From Octopus vulgaris (taxonomy: Eukaryota): a stretch of 64,000 nt of DNA. Where the stretch lies: the NCBI GenBank assembly GCA_951406725.2, contig OX597816.1:106516001-106580000 (forward strand). The letters run 5' to 3'. Below are positions 40,701-55,700 of the stretch, piece after piece. The notes under the pieces are model-generated. The model saw nothing but the letters and a program-made list of their open reading frames with translations. It searched no databases and was not told the DNA's origin. A program made the translations under genes and the position numbers. Every line of letters starts with the position of its first letter. Positions within the stretch are counted from its first letter, which is position 1.

Positions 40701-43700
40701 CAGTTACAGATCTGTTCCACATAACGCACATGTGATGTGTTTCTGTGTCACTACCAACTTCATCTTTCAATTATAAAATCTAGCTACATAGAGCAGACAA
40801 TCTCATGTGACCAACACAAGTGAACAATGTTGTTTATTTAGTTTGTCTTTCAGTTCATAGTTGTAGGTTCATGGTCCTGTTAATTACATATAAAAGAAAC
40901 TTAAGTAAAATATTAGGAAAGAAATAGGAAATCTTGTTTGGCCATGGTTAACAGCCATGTAGTGAGTGACTCCAGAAACCTTCAGATAAAACATTCTCAG
41001 CTGCTTAGTTTAGAAATCATGCTTTCTCCTTTGTCATATCTGAAAACCTTTGGATGATGGAAGAGGGCCTAGAAATTTGATATATTTACAAAGTTGGCTT
41101 GTGATGTTTTTTAAATACTGTCTAGATTTGACAGGTATTTTCATGAAGTGTCACCCACTACCTTGAAATACTAAAGTGATGTTTTTGAAATTCAATTTGT
41201 TGTTATCTAATCTGTCCAGTTGATTGAGAGGGAGTATGATTTAGTCTTCTTTACTCTGACAAAGCTTGTTCATTGTGACGTGTGCAAGTATGTCACCTGA
41301 TAAATATGTGTTTGTTTCTAGACATAGATAAAAACTCATATATCTTGCTCAACAAACAAACAATCATTTTGTTAAGCGCTCAAGAACTTTTATCTCATAA
41401 TAATCACCAGATTTACCATGCTCACATTATTTATGTTTTGATAGTTGAAACTATGCAAGATGTTAGATAATAATGTGCATCCTTGTCTTTGTATGATGTA
41501 AAGATTTCATTGAATGATTAATTGTAAGGATTGATATTAGAGAAGGTCTGAGAGACTATCTATTTCAGTGTCATATTTGAACAGATAAACACTTGTTTTC
41601 AGTTATTTCACATACAGTTGTGTCTCTTTTATCTTTTACTTGTTTCAGTCATTGGACTGCAGTCTTGAAAGGTATAGTTGAACAAATCAACTCTGGACTT
41701 ATTTTTAAATTTGATATTTATTTTATTGGTCTCTTTTGCCAAACCACTATGTTACAGAGATTTTCACACAAACCAACAGCAGTTGTCAAGCCATGGAGGA
41801 AGAACAAACACACACACATGCATACATGCAAACAAGCAAAAACACACAATGGCTTCCACACAGTTTCCATTTACTAAATTCATTAACAAAGCATTGGTCA
41901 ATCTGGTGCTATAGTAGAAGACACTTGGCAAAGGTGCTGCAGTGTGGGACTGAACCCAAAACCCCACGGTTGCAACATGAGCTTCTTAACCATGCAGCCA
42001 TGCTTGTGTCTATCAAAGTTTTTTGACAACTCTTTCTGTGTAGTGGTTTTCTGCATTTCAATCTAAAATCAGTGGATATGCACCAAAGTTAAACTTTTAA
42101 ATGAATGTTGAACATATTATCTGCAATTTACTTTTCTGGAATATTTACTCATCATGAATGTCAACTTGAAGATTGATAATGGTTTAAGTCAGATGTAAAT
42201 ATCTCCTAAATAAGCACAGTACTTCTGAAGGTCAGAGGCACCAGATCACTTGGTAATACTTGCTTACATTATCCCTTTTGTTACCACATTTTTGCTGAAA
42301 TACACCATTTCAAGGTGCCCCAGCATGGCCACAGTCCAACGACTGAAACAAGTGAAAGATATAAAGGATATACAGAAGAATTTGATAAAATAACTTTGTC
42401 TTTATGAGCTGGTTTTTCAAACAAATTAACTTGAAATATTGATGAGAGCTTTTAATTTAGACCACCTTAATACAGGAAATTTGTATCATGAGACTAAGAT
42501 CTGTCTCAAACAGGTTGATATCAAAATGGTTAAACTGACATTCTAGTGTCAGCTTGTCAGAAGGTAACATTCCCAGATGTTCTAGTACCTACATTTCAAA
42601 TATAGGTAATCTAAGGGATTATAGAAAAAATGTTACAGGCAGAAAAAAATAAACCTGCCAGCTTCAGATTTGAACCTATGCTATGGTAATTTTATCCAGT
42701 TGACCTGATCAATTCACTTCTCCATTGATCTGCAATATAACATCTCTTCATGTCTCTCAGCACTCCATTATCCTATCTGTATAGTTCAATGTTCTTTTGT
42801 TGTTGCTATTAATTCCAAATCATTCTAATTGAGCATATATTGTCAGTATGTCATTAAGTAGGGCATATATTATCAACGTCATTAAGTTAAGTAGGACTTT
42901 GTTTCATGGAGATTTGGCTCTTGTTTCTGTAGATTTAGTGACCGTGTAAAGGTAATTGGAAGAAATTTTCTGTATTGGTCAAAACTGTCTACAAAACAAA
43001 ATCTGTTATTGATTAATACTATTCAATTTCATTGACTTTAATACAATCAAAGTAGCTTAATCTGTTAGATAAAACATTGGATTACCTACTCATAGGCTGT
43101 GAATTGAAATCTGCTGTATTTTGTTGTTTCTAGACTGAACATTTTATTCTGTATTGCCTCTGTTGACCTACATGCCAAAAATATATTTCTGATTGCTTGG
43201 TAATGTATCTGTGAAGGACTAATGTTGTAGCCAAGGATGATGAGGGTTGTCTCTCAGATCCAACTTTATGGTATGAAGCAGATAATATTTGCCATTAGTC
43301 CTTTTGATAATCAACCTGGCCAAGATCACCTCTTCTTCTGTGATATAAAGTGCTTGATTTAAAGTGTAATTTATGTTCCAAGCACCAGCTTAATAAGGAC
43401 AAAAGCAATGAATTTCAACAGAAATGTGGTAACAAAATGGTTTTAAAAACCAGATGGGGATTTAGGTAGTACTTGCAACTATTATATATATTGAATAACC
43501 TTGGGAAATTTAATGAAGGCGCCTTCTATATGCACATTTAACAAAGTGCAAGTGATCATTGAAAGTGGTTTGTTGAAAATCATTTTTAATCAAATGTAAT
43601 TATGACTACAATGAATGGAGGTTATTAGCACTAATGTAACTTATTCTGTTAAGGTTATTTCTACAGATATTCTATAGAACTTATAGCCAGCACTTATTTT

Positions 43701-46700
43701 TGCTACAGCGTTTTGTATCGAGATGTCCAATATAAACAATGTGATTGAAGACTGAAGTGAGTAATGAGCGTACATGCCATATTTCAGGGTTTGTTGTGCC
43801 ACCTTCATCACTCTAGCTCACTATGGCCTCCAAACACATTGCTAATGTAGCCACCACATGCAATGGTGTTAAGTTGTTGGATTAGATGCATTCCTGGGGC
43901 TGGTGTGTAAACATTAAAGATTTGTAGGACCATGGTACTTCATTATGCAAACACAATATACTGACTTATGAAAAACATTTAGTACACCTTATAGTATATT
44001 GTGTTTGCATAACGAAATACCACATACCTACATATCTTTGATGCGTATTTAAAAGATTCAAGGGAGAAAACTCTAATTCAATTGACAAAAAATGTTAATT
44101 GAAAATATGTAGGCTATGGGGAGTGAATCCAATCTTTGGTAGCTATTGTAACAACTCTAGGCCTGTTTCATTGTTATTAACCCTTAGTGAAACACTGTCC
44201 CTGTACATCACCAATAATTTTTAGTCAATTGAAATTTCAGAATTCTTTTTGCTGTCTTTTTAATAATATTTATTAATATTGTTTTCTCATTGTTCTTTTA
44301 AGCTTGTGTGTGCTTTGTCATTCATGCACACTACAGTACACATTCAGTGGGGCATGCTCGCTTCATTTCTTTCCAGCTTTCACACATCCTCTGTATTCAG
44401 TATCTATGTTTTGCTACTATGCAAAACCATACATACTCAAAGAGTCACTCAGAGAAAAGCCCTTTATTATTAGCTGAGTTAGTAGTTCCTTGACCCTTTC
44501 CCACACAAGTCCTTATTCTGGTTACTGCTAATGTGCTTTAGCAACAGCCACCTGCATTGCTGATTAGGTCAGCTAGATGACAGAAGTTGTCAAACAACTT
44601 CTAACAAACCTCCTGGGCAGTTGAAATAATTTGTTTAATCTGTCTTCTTTCTGCTAACTAATCATGTGCATCAGTTACATACAAAGTTTTTTTTGTAGTT
44701 GTTTTTTGGCAGCCTGTTTATATAATCTAACCTTTTCCATTCATATTTTACATTGAATATACCTACTTTTCTGCCTTTCAAGTATGCCAGCTTCCCAAAT
44801 AGTTATTGATTTCCGAATTCATTGTTTGATAACTAAAATTTTCTGCAATAAAGAGGAGGAGGCTGATAACAAAATTATGATGGACACACCCCTGTACATT
44901 AAAGTCCTCTCTGAACATGTTGCTAACTCATCCTGTACTGGCAACAAACACCCCTATATGTAGTTTACACAGCTTCTACAAGCCATTTGTATGAAACCCC
45001 TGACTTAGGCTTTCTTAGGCTGGGTATAGTAGCTTCGTCTCAGCTAAGAACTTCTACAGATGGTTGCAAGGAGAGTATTTACAGTCTCCTGCTCCAACCA
45101 AGCAGAAACCCAAACTACATATCTAAGCTGTAGCAGTTGATGGTGTTAAACCAGTCACTGGGAATAACCTTTTGATCTGCCTGATTGACTCTGCAAATAA
45201 CTGTCATATATGTTATTTTGCCAAATATCTTTAGCATTTCAGTAAATACACCTGATAGTCCAGTTGTTTTAATTTCAAATTATGTAGGGTGCTTTTATAA
45301 ACTAAAATAGGTATATTTGGAATATCTAACAAATATTTACTTCAAACCTGATTAGCTCTTGTTTTACTTATTTAGTTAAAATGTTATATAGGATATCACC
45401 AAGACATTATCTCTAGGGCAAAACATTGTATCTTAGTATCTGATCATCAACACAAATGCAGGCATAAATAATAGATCTAATGGTCACAATCTAATAGATC
45501 AAATGACCACATAGAGGTTCCTTCTTTTATTTCTATTTTATTGATTGTCATGGTCTGCATGGTATTTTTACATTATATATTTAATATCAAATTATATATT
45601 GTGCACTTTGTTGTGCTTTATGTGCGTGATCCGTGGTCTGTGGGAAAATTGTTTTGCATGAAACCAGTCTATGGTGCAGAAATGGCTGGAGACCACTGTC
45701 CGATGGTATTTAGTAATGTTTTTTTAAGTTTTAAGTTCAAATTTTGCTTCGATCAACTTTTATCCCTCCCCTCAAATTTGTTTTGAGACCCCCTTCAGTC
45801 ATGGCTGACCATGGGATTGCACCTAGAAAGTTACCCTCCCAGACACAAGCCCAGGCAAGGTTGTTTATGGAAGATCAGCAGTCGCCCATGCATACTGGCC
45901 TCCCCTCTCCACACCACTAGTGTTATTCAAGGAAAAGGCAACAGCAGATACAGCTTGGCACCTGTGATGTTGCAACTCATTTCTACAGCTGAGTGAACTG
46001 GAGCAATGTGAAATAAAGTGTCTTGCTCAAGAACACAACGTGCAGCCCAGTCCGGGATTCGAACTCACAACCTCACGATCATAAACTCGACACTATAACC
46101 ACTGAGCTATGCGCCTCAAATATGTAGCATACTAATAATGTAAGAGTCCTTAATATTGTTGAACACTCCTAATCAATCTTTAATTACACCTTTTTCTATC
46201 TCTTGTTTTCTCATTAAAATGGATGCAGGCATGGCTGTATGTATGAGTGGGTTTCATGATTGTGTGGTTCCTTCATTACACAGGTTTCCACACATTGTTG
46301 GAAATCAATAGCACTGTTTCTGTGTCATTTTGTTCACAATGATTGCGCAACATGTCAAAATATGTCAAGAACCCTGACATATTTTTCACAAGCATATGGA
46401 ACACCATGAGATAGCTTTAGTGGGTTTAGATTAATACAGAGATCATTACATTTCTGGTATTTTGCTTAATATTTCATTAACCCTTTCATTACTGTATTTT
46501 TTTTTAGATGCTCTGGGTTTCTTTCAATTACTTTAAATATAACAAAGAATTTAGTAAAATAACTTAGTTATCATTCAGCTAGTGTTAGGAACATAAATTG
46601 TGACTAAGGTTTGGTGGAAGATTTATTATTCGAAACTTATGGAACAAGACATTTTTACTATAGAGCCAGAGGCAGTTTCAGCCAGGTTGATAACGAAAGG

Positions 46701-49700
46701 GTTAAGGAAACAAGATTTGAATGGTATATTTTGAGAAAAAAAGTTCCTATGTTAACCTATGTCATTCCTGATCAAGTACATTACCAAAGTCTTCCTAGTC
46801 ATAGCAATGCTGTCTTTCTGTATTCCTAGTACTATTGTGTACAATGCATCTTATTTAACACAGTAAGGTGTTATATGAGAAAGATTTAGCTGTTATTTCC
46901 AACTCATCAGATGATTGCAAAGGGGCTCTCTTGCAACTGGCCTGGATTAACTATCTCTGTCTTAGTTCATGAACTTCATTACTTGTTGTTCTGTTGAAAC
47001 CACATTTGCATCGATGGATATCTTGTCTTTATTATTTGAATATTGTCCTGAGATTTAGAACTTAAAAGCTGTATGACCCCTATTTTTAAGATATCACTGT
47101 AACTTTAGTGTGCTCTCTGCACTTATTATTGTCTAATTCACTTGTGGCATTGGTTTCTGAGATGTAGTCATGATTGATATTTTACTAGAGTAGATATTAT
47201 TGCTTCTCAATCATAGTTTTTATTTCCTTTTTCACCATTTTCTTGGATCATATATTAGATGAGTCACTATCTGGTTTACATATTACTCTTTTTTTTCTCT
47301 TTCAATCTTGCTCTGTCTGTCAACATTCTCTTATCTTCTCTCGTTCTCTTTGTGCATATGTACACGTTCATTGTGCTATATCAGCTTGTGTTTGCACATA
47401 CATACTCTTATGCTTACACCCACACAGTTGCAGTGCTCCTACTAACCCATGTGTGAGTGTGTGTTGTGTTTATATAATACAATGCAATATGTCTACACTT
47501 TATCTAAACTCCCAGATTGTTTATTATTAATAAGTATTAAAGCTTATTGTGAAACTGAATCCTGGTCCTTGCCATGTTATTAAATCTGAGACATGAGCCA
47601 CTAAAGTCTATTGCTATGCGCAAATTAACTGCAAACTAGGTGTTCTCCTTCATGCATATAATAATTTATGATTTTTATATTTTTTATGTCTCTTGTTTTT
47701 ATCTATTTTTAGCATACAATAAAATGTCTTAGTTTATCATGAAGTTTCTGTTTTTGCTGTTTTATTTTTTAAAATTCTTAAGTTTCAAGTCTGATAATTA
47801 ATTACATTTTCTATTTATGTTTTTTCTTCTTTCCTGTACATAAATGTAATTTTCAAATTAATATTAGTAGTTTGATGGTGTAGTTTTATAATGAGAAAAT
47901 TATATTTTCTCTTTTATATATTTTAAAATCCTTTTAACCCTTTGCCTGGTGATACACAGGACATTACTTCTCTGGCATCCACGCATCATATGATACACAA
48001 AACATTGTTTTTTTTTTTGTGTTTCCACCACCAGAGTAACTTGGGACATATGAAAAGAAGTCTTTATCTTCTATTTGTTTCAGTCATTAGATTGTGGCCT
48101 TGTTGGAGCACTACCCTGAAAGGTGTAATCAAACAAATTGACTGCAGTAATTGTTTTTTAAGCTTGATACTTATTCTATCAGTCTTTTTGCTGGACTGCT
48201 AAGTTACGGAAGCATAAGAAAAACCAACAGATGTTGTCAGGCAGTGGTGAGGGACAAACGCGTACACACACACACACACACACACAGATATATACCTGTA
48301 TATATATACAGTTTCTAACTATCAAATCCACTCACAAGGCTTTGTTCAGCCTGGTGCTAAAGTAGGGGACGAGACAAGCTTCTTACCATTCAGCATTACC
48401 TGCTTTATATTACTCAGAACATAAAAAACAAAGGCCAACTAAAAGTCTGAAAACAAGACTGGATGTTTAGGACAAACCTCTGAAAATGCTTCAGACACTT
48501 CTTCAATAGATGTTTTCTCATATTTGATACTAAATATTTTCTTTTTACTTTTGTATGTCAGTGTGTTTGAATTAGAATATTTTCAATTTCTAAATAAGTA
48601 ATCTATTTTACATAAATTTTTTTTCTACTGATGAGTCATTATTTCTTTTTGGAAATGGAATGAATGTCACCATTCTTATTTTTACTTTGTTGATAACTCT
48701 AAAGCTTTAAGTGAATTTAGTGGTTTGTTTATAAAATACAAATTTAGAATTCTGTTTTTCTTAAAACAGTCACAACCATTTTACTTCCACGTCTATCTTA
48801 TTCAACTAAAGCCAGTTATTACTAGTAGTTTTCACCTAGTTCTCACCATTTTTCACCACTCTATAGCAAATGCTGTGACACGTTCTCTCCACTGTTGCTG
48901 ACAACATATGGTTCCCTTAACCTCCAGCTGCTTTTTTTTTTTCACATATCTTAATTCAAACTATGTCCTCTTACTAGACATCTTTCAAATCAGGCACACC
49001 CCATTCCTTTTCGAGATGAAGCAAATCATACTCAGCTATGCTGTTTTAGTTTTCTAAAATGTGACTCACAGAACTTTACATCTGTAACAGAGAAGGAAAG
49101 AAAAATGCGTCTGCAAAGCCTGAAATCCAGAGGTCTTAAAGTAAACCTTGCAAAGACAAACGTTTAGTTAGGAGGAAAGAAAATATTTCTCTATCTGGGA
49201 TGTGGCTGTGCTGAATATGCAAGAGAGGAATAGGTAGGATTTCTGCACAATGTAACAACTGCAAAGTTAACTATGGATATACAAAAGATGCAGTAGAATT
49301 CAAGAAAAGTTAACAGGAGGACTTCTTTGTTGTAAGTCTACAAGAGTAAGCAGGATGAGCAGCCATGAAATGCATCCCCTTCAAGTGTCTGGAAGATATC
49401 CTAGAAGTGGTTGACAGCTTCTGTTACCTAGCAGTGATTATTATGTTCCAAAAACATAAGAACTAGATGGGAAAAGTTCAGGTTACTATTACCTTTGCTG
49501 GCAACAAAAGGATCCTTTCTCTAAATGAAGGGCAGCTTGTATGATTCTTATGTACAAAGTGCAATACTGCTATGCACAGTAGCAAAATATTGGCATTGAA
49601 TTTTTTTATCTTGTTTCAGTCATTAGACTCACCATGCTGGGGCAGTTTTTACTTTTTAAAGCCTGGTTATTATTCTATCAATCTCTTTTGTTAAGAAACT

Positions 49701-52700
49701 AAGTTACAATAATGTAAACAAACCAGCTGTCAAGCTGTAGGGTGGGGGCAACAAACAAAGCTGTACACACACATTGAAATATATATATATGTACACACAC
49801 ACACACACATACATACAATAGGCTTCTTTCAGTTTCTGTCCACCAAATCCACTCATAAGGCTTTGGTCAGCCTGGTGTTATAATAAAAGACACTTCCCTT
49901 AGATACCACGTAGTTGGACAAAACCCAGAACCATGTGGTTGGGAAGCAGACCACAACTGGTGGAAGATATCTGAAGGCTTGAAAGAGAAGCAAGACAGAT
50001 GTCCTGCTGAATGTTTAACCCTTTAACATTTAAACCAGCCATACCCAGCCCAACTATTCGACCTATTTTATCTTCAAACTGGTCAGATCTGGCCTCTTAC
50101 ACCTACCCTACAATGTTATTCTAAAAAATATACAATCATGCCATCGAAATCCCAAATGTCCAAGATAATGCATGATTAATTCAAAACAGTGTGAATGAAA
50201 AGAACTTTACATTTGACAGAGTAATGTGAATACTAAAGGGTTAATGTTAGTGTTTCTGATCAACGGAACACAAATAGGGTGGGGGTGGGGTTAAGAGGAA
50301 TCTTTTGGCGTGCAAGAGAGGAGACTGTGTTGGTACAGACATCTGATGTGTATCAAGGATGACAACTGTGTAAAGAGCAAAGCAATGCAAGTGGTAATGG
50401 GGAAATATAGGGAGAGGTGGTGAAGGCTGATTTCAGTATACTGAACCTTATGAAGGAGATGACAAATGACCACAGCAAGTGGCAATACATTGTACTGGGG
50501 AAGACCCATCCACCTCATGTAAAAACAAGAGCCAAAATGATGATGACAGCAGCAGCAGCAGTGATGATGATGATGGTGGTGGTGGTAGCTGCAGCAGTTG
50601 GAAGAAGGAAGGGAGGAGGAGGAACTGAGATGTCAAACTTTTGAAGTTTTTCAGAACATTTGGTTGTCTGCAAAAACTGTTACAAGGACAGCAGTGTATT
50701 ACGAAATAACATATTTTTGTTAGTATTACGTGGTATTTAGCATTTGATTTTGTTTTTTTCTTGAAACACTGAATAATATTATCAAACAGGTTTAAGGTTT
50801 AAATTAGATCAGTTACTTTGCTTTAAATCATTTCTCTGTTATACAAATGAATAATGTTAAGACACATGACTTGAAGTTTAACTAGTATAGCCACTGCACT
50901 CATCACTTAGGAAAGCTAAAATTAGTTAACCCTTTAGTGTTCGGATTAATTTGTCAAATGTAATTCTTATCTGTTCACATTAATTTTGATTTATTCAGGT
51001 TCAAGAGGAGTGTCCACAATATTTGCTTGTAATTTTGTTAATTTTCTACATACAGATTTGAAATTTTGTAAATGGGTGCTTATATGCCAGTGGTTTATAG
51101 TTATGTAATTTTAGCTGATCTTTCTGATTAAATTTGACTTTTATGGGCAGGTAAATTTAATTAACAGGTGTAAAGACAATAACATTGTGAATAAACACTA
51201 AAATTCATATTCTTAATACATCTTGCCTGTTTGATTTGTTACTAAATTATCCTAGATGTCAACCACCTACAATTTTACATTTTTCAAGATGAGGAACGTT
51301 AACTTGAATTAATTAAAATACAGGTGTAATCGATACAAAATTTTATTCTTTCTCTGTATTTCATTCAAACATTTTCATTGAAAATAAAGGACAAAGCTCT
51401 TTTACTAGTCAATATACCATTGGCTATGTACTCTTATACAATTTAATGAATTCATTTACGTAACAGAATGCATCTAATAAAAAAAAATCTCATTAAAAGG
51501 TGAGACAAAAGTGAATACAGGTGTGTAACATACTGAACATTGATATGTATTTCTCACTTTCACATATTATTTATAATAAAATGAAAAGGAATATATAAAA
51601 TAAGCACCATTCGCTCATGGCCGTTTGCCAGCCTCGCCTGGCCCCGTGCCGGTGACACGTAAAAGCACCGTCCGTTCGTGTTCGTTGCCAGCCTCGCCTG
51701 GCCCCGTGCCGGTGACACGTAAAAGCACCGTCCGTTCGTGGCTGTTTGCCAGCTCTGTCTGGCCCCATGTCGGTGGCACGTAAAAGCACCATCCGTTCGT
51801 GGCCGTTTGCCAGCTCTGTCTGGCCCCGTGTCGGTGGCACGTAGAAGCACCATCCGTTCATGTCCGTTGCCAGCCTCGGCTGGCCCCCGTGCCGGTGACA
51901 CGTAAAAGCACCGTCCGCTCGTGGCCATTTGCCAGCTCTGTCTGGCAACTGTGTCGGTGGCACGTAAAAGCACCATCCGTTCGCGTCCGTTGCCAGCCTC
52001 GGCTGGCCCCCATGCCGGTGACACGTAAAAGCACCGTCCATTCGTGGCCGGTTGCCAGCTCTGTCTGGCCCCATGTCGGTGGCACGTAAAAGCACCATCC
52101 GTTCGTGTCCGTTGCCAGCATCGCCTGGCCCCGTGCCGGTGACACGTAAAAGCACCATCCGTTCGTGGCCGTTCGCCAGCTCTGTCTGGCACCTGTGCAG
52201 GTGGCACATAAAAAACACCCACTACACTCACGGAGTGGTTGGCGTTAGGAAGGGCATCCAGCCGTAGAAACACTGCCAGATCTGACTGGGCCTGACGAAG
52301 CCTTCCAGCTTCACAGACCCCAGTTGACCCGTCCAACCCATGCTAGCATGGAAAGCGGACGCTAAACAATGATGATGATGATGATGATGATGATAGGTAC
52401 AAAATTATATAGTTATGACATATTTCTGTCATGAAACTGCCCAATGCACCCTTTCCACAAAGCACTTTGCAAAAGGAACACATATACAAAGTCTCAATCT
52501 GATACCCTTTTGCAGTTTTTCTTTTCTGCAGTGAACACTGCCTGCAAACTTTTTTTCCTTCTTCCATTTATCTTTTCAATATTTTTTCTGTTGACATCCA
52601 CCTCAGTTAATTTTGCTTTTCTCCCAGTTCTGTGCTTTCTAGAAGAAAAACCTTCACGTAACTGAGATGTGATGTCAACCCAAAATTTCAAATGGTCGTA

Positions 52701-55700
52701 GTCCTTTGGTGGCAGAGGTACCTTGTGACTTTACATATACAATATGTGAATCAACTATAATTAAAATAACTAAAAAACACAAAAGTACCTCCACCATTTC
52801 TTCCCAGGTTGACCAACTGGGTAATATGCCCAATATTGGTCAGATTTATCAACTCCACCCATATATTTGTTATAACAAATATTCACTAGGGGTTTCCCCC
52901 CAGCACCAACACCTGGTTGTTCATTAGAAGACAGAAAATCTGTCTTTTGTCTTTAGAAGCAGTAGCTAATAAATTTTCCTTTTGCATTTATAAAATCTTC
53001 CCTCTTTTTTAAAATTTTGTTTTCATTTCATGGGGTAAACCTCTACAGTTGCCTGTAACAGTAATGTATTTGTAAGTACTTACACGGGCAAGATTTTCAG
53101 CCAATGCCACTGAAGTAAAAAAAAAAAGTCAAAATAGAGGTGTCGGTGCTGATGGTGAAATGGTTCAGTAAGAGACCATACTACATCATGTCCCAATTCA
53201 TATGGTCTGTTTCCATTATATTTTTTACCTATGTAAACATCGAAGTTTACATAGGTAAACCGCCCATACCTTGATCCCCTTTTAGTGGGTTTGGCAGGCA
53301 TGTACTACCGAAAATGTACTCTGCCCTTATAGCCTATCATGGCTTCATCTACACTGAGTTTTTTCCCAGGTAGATACACAGTTTTATAACTATTAAGGAG
53401 TAAATCAATTACAGGATGTACTTTGTACAGGAGATCATAGTGTGGGTCGTTTTTGCTGGGGGCATTAGCAGAATCAATTAAATGTAAATACGGAGATATT
53501 TTCAAATACCTCGTCTTCAACATTACACTTGAGATATACAGATCACCATACTTTGTATCAGGACTCCAGTAGTTCCACAGCCAAGGAAGCTGTTTAACAC
53601 CAAACATAATATTGATTGTGAAAAACATTAATTTCTGCAGTATAAGTTGGCTGCCATAGTGGATCATTTCTTCCATGAATAGAAATTATACATTGCACAT
53701 GTTTGTTTGTTTCCTCTGTAACATCATCATCATCATCGTTTAACGTCCGCTTTCCATGCTAGCATGGGTTGGACGGTTCAACTGGGGTCTGGGGAGCCCG
53801 AAGGCTGCATCAGGCCAGTCAGATCTGGCAGTGTTTCTACAGCTGGATGCCCTTCCTAACGCCAACCACTCCGAGAGTGTAGTGGGTGATTTTATGTGCC
53901 ACTGACACAGGTGCCAGACGAGGCTGGCGAACAGCCACGCTCGGATGGTGTTTTTTATGTGCCACCGACACAGGTGCCAGACGAGGCTGGCGAACGCCCA
54001 CGATCGGATGGTGTTTGTTACGTGCCCACAGCACGGAGGCCAGTCGATGCGGTACTGGCTACGACTGGCCTCCGTGCTGTAGGCACGTAACATTTTCAGA
54101 AAAACTTTCTGGTAAAAATAAAAATAGGGAGTCCAATGGTTTAGCATCAGGAGGTAAATTGTGTTGTAGGCCAGTGTTTTCTGTGAAATCAGGAATAATA
54201 TTTCTAATCTTTGGTTATATTGCTATGTTTACAATATCATTTTCATCACTTTCGTTCGAAGACAAAATATTCTTGTTTTCATTTATATTTTCTATATCGT
54301 CAAGAGTAAGAATCGCTACTTGCTGACGACATTTCCTTAAAAACCAAGGTACAGACTTCTCTTCAAACATTGAAAAAAAAACCATTGATTTTTTTATTAC
54401 CCACAAGGGGTGAACACAGACGGGACTATACATAACGTGGGGACATAAAACAGAAAAAAATCAAATCATTGTATGAGAACAATGGATGATAAGGAAAATG
54501 AAAAAAATGCAATGAAACTACTTGGCCCCACCTCCGAGCAACTCCATTTCTGCCTTTTAACACCTCTTATACCCTGAACCCTCTACAATGTCTACATCAT
54601 GCTCTTCCAACAATTTTTCATATATTAAAAGGTCTGGTAGTTTGTTCCAATACAAGTTCCACTTCCCACCAATCATATCTACTTTCATACCTTGCCAACC
54701 TCACCTTTTGTTCCTCTTTGATTACCACACATTGGTGCCACCTTAACATTGTCATACCCCTCTGTTTCCACATTTTTACACTCTTCCCATATCACTACCT
54801 CTTTAGATAATTCCTCATTTGAATCGTCATACATTATTACAGTACATTTTTTCTTTTCCGCCTGTCTGGAGGGAGTTTGAGGGTTTTTGTGTGTACTTGC
54901 TTTCTTTCTTTCTTTTTTTTTTTCGTATCAGAGGGGAATGGGTAGGCTTGGTGCCTGCAGGTGAAGGGTGGGTCTGAGAGGGTGTGGGTTGGGGTTTAGA
55001 GTTTGAAGCACTTGCCTTCTTTCTCTTTCTTCTGGTGACTTTTTCCCACTTGTTCTCCATTGCTACTACTTCCTCCTCTTTTCTGGAACTCTCCAACCTC
55101 TCTTCCTTTTGCTTCTCCATATTCTTTAGTCACTTCTCCTCTGCTTTTTTGGTCTATGAAGAGCAGTCTGCTCTAATGTGGCCCTTTAGGCCACATCTAA
55201 AACATCTGGTGACTCTGCCCTCAACCCTGACCGTCATTATTATGTCATCCATAATTATTAACTCTATTATATTTTCCAGAGTCTCGGTTGATCCTTGAAC
55301 AATCAGATTCAGTGTTTGTCCCTTCCATATAACGCTTTCCTTTTTTGTGGCCTGGAGAACCACTATGCTGTCCTCGTTTCCAAGAAGGACAGCATCTGCT
55401 ACCCCAGGCTACCCAATCCTTCTACACTGATTCTTGCTGCTCTTAGTCCTTGGTAAGTGGGCAGAAGCACCACTTCTTCACTCTTGATGGATGTCACTGC
55501 TTGTTTCCTTGCTGTTGCCGCGTCCTTGGACCTCACCTCTCCATATCGGTCTCAGAGCCTTTTCCATCTGGTCCGTAGTCACAATGTCAATTTTTCCTTT
55601 ACTTATCGAAAAGGTTCGGTACATTATTGTCCTTTCCTTAATGTTATTACATGTCTCTTGCAGGGGGGACGACTTTACCTCAAAACCATCCCAACTTAAT

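Noticed and set aside
46040-46115. tRNA gene
   Set aside because: The tRNA-like A/B boxes run directly into a multi-copy SINE body, so this is a SINE head.
51602-51720. HDV-like or hammerhead ribozyme in the 60-bp unit (GCCAGCCTCGCCTGGC resembles HDV P3/L3)
   Set aside because: I could not assemble P1/P2 pairings or a CUGANGA/GAAA core by eye; an Infernal search would be needed.
51602-52210. CRISPR-like array
   Set aside because: Units are full-length tandem copies with no unique spacers, there are no cas genes, and the array is part of a eukaryotic LINE 3' UTR.
51560-52336. 258-aa and 215-aa ORFs (also 3898-4521)
   Set aside because: These are by-products of a stop-poor GC-rich minisatellite, open in several frames with no protein signature.
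52400-54335. Domesticated PGBD gene
   Set aside because: Multiple stops, frameshifts and insertions are present and the TIRs are retained, so it is a dead transposon.
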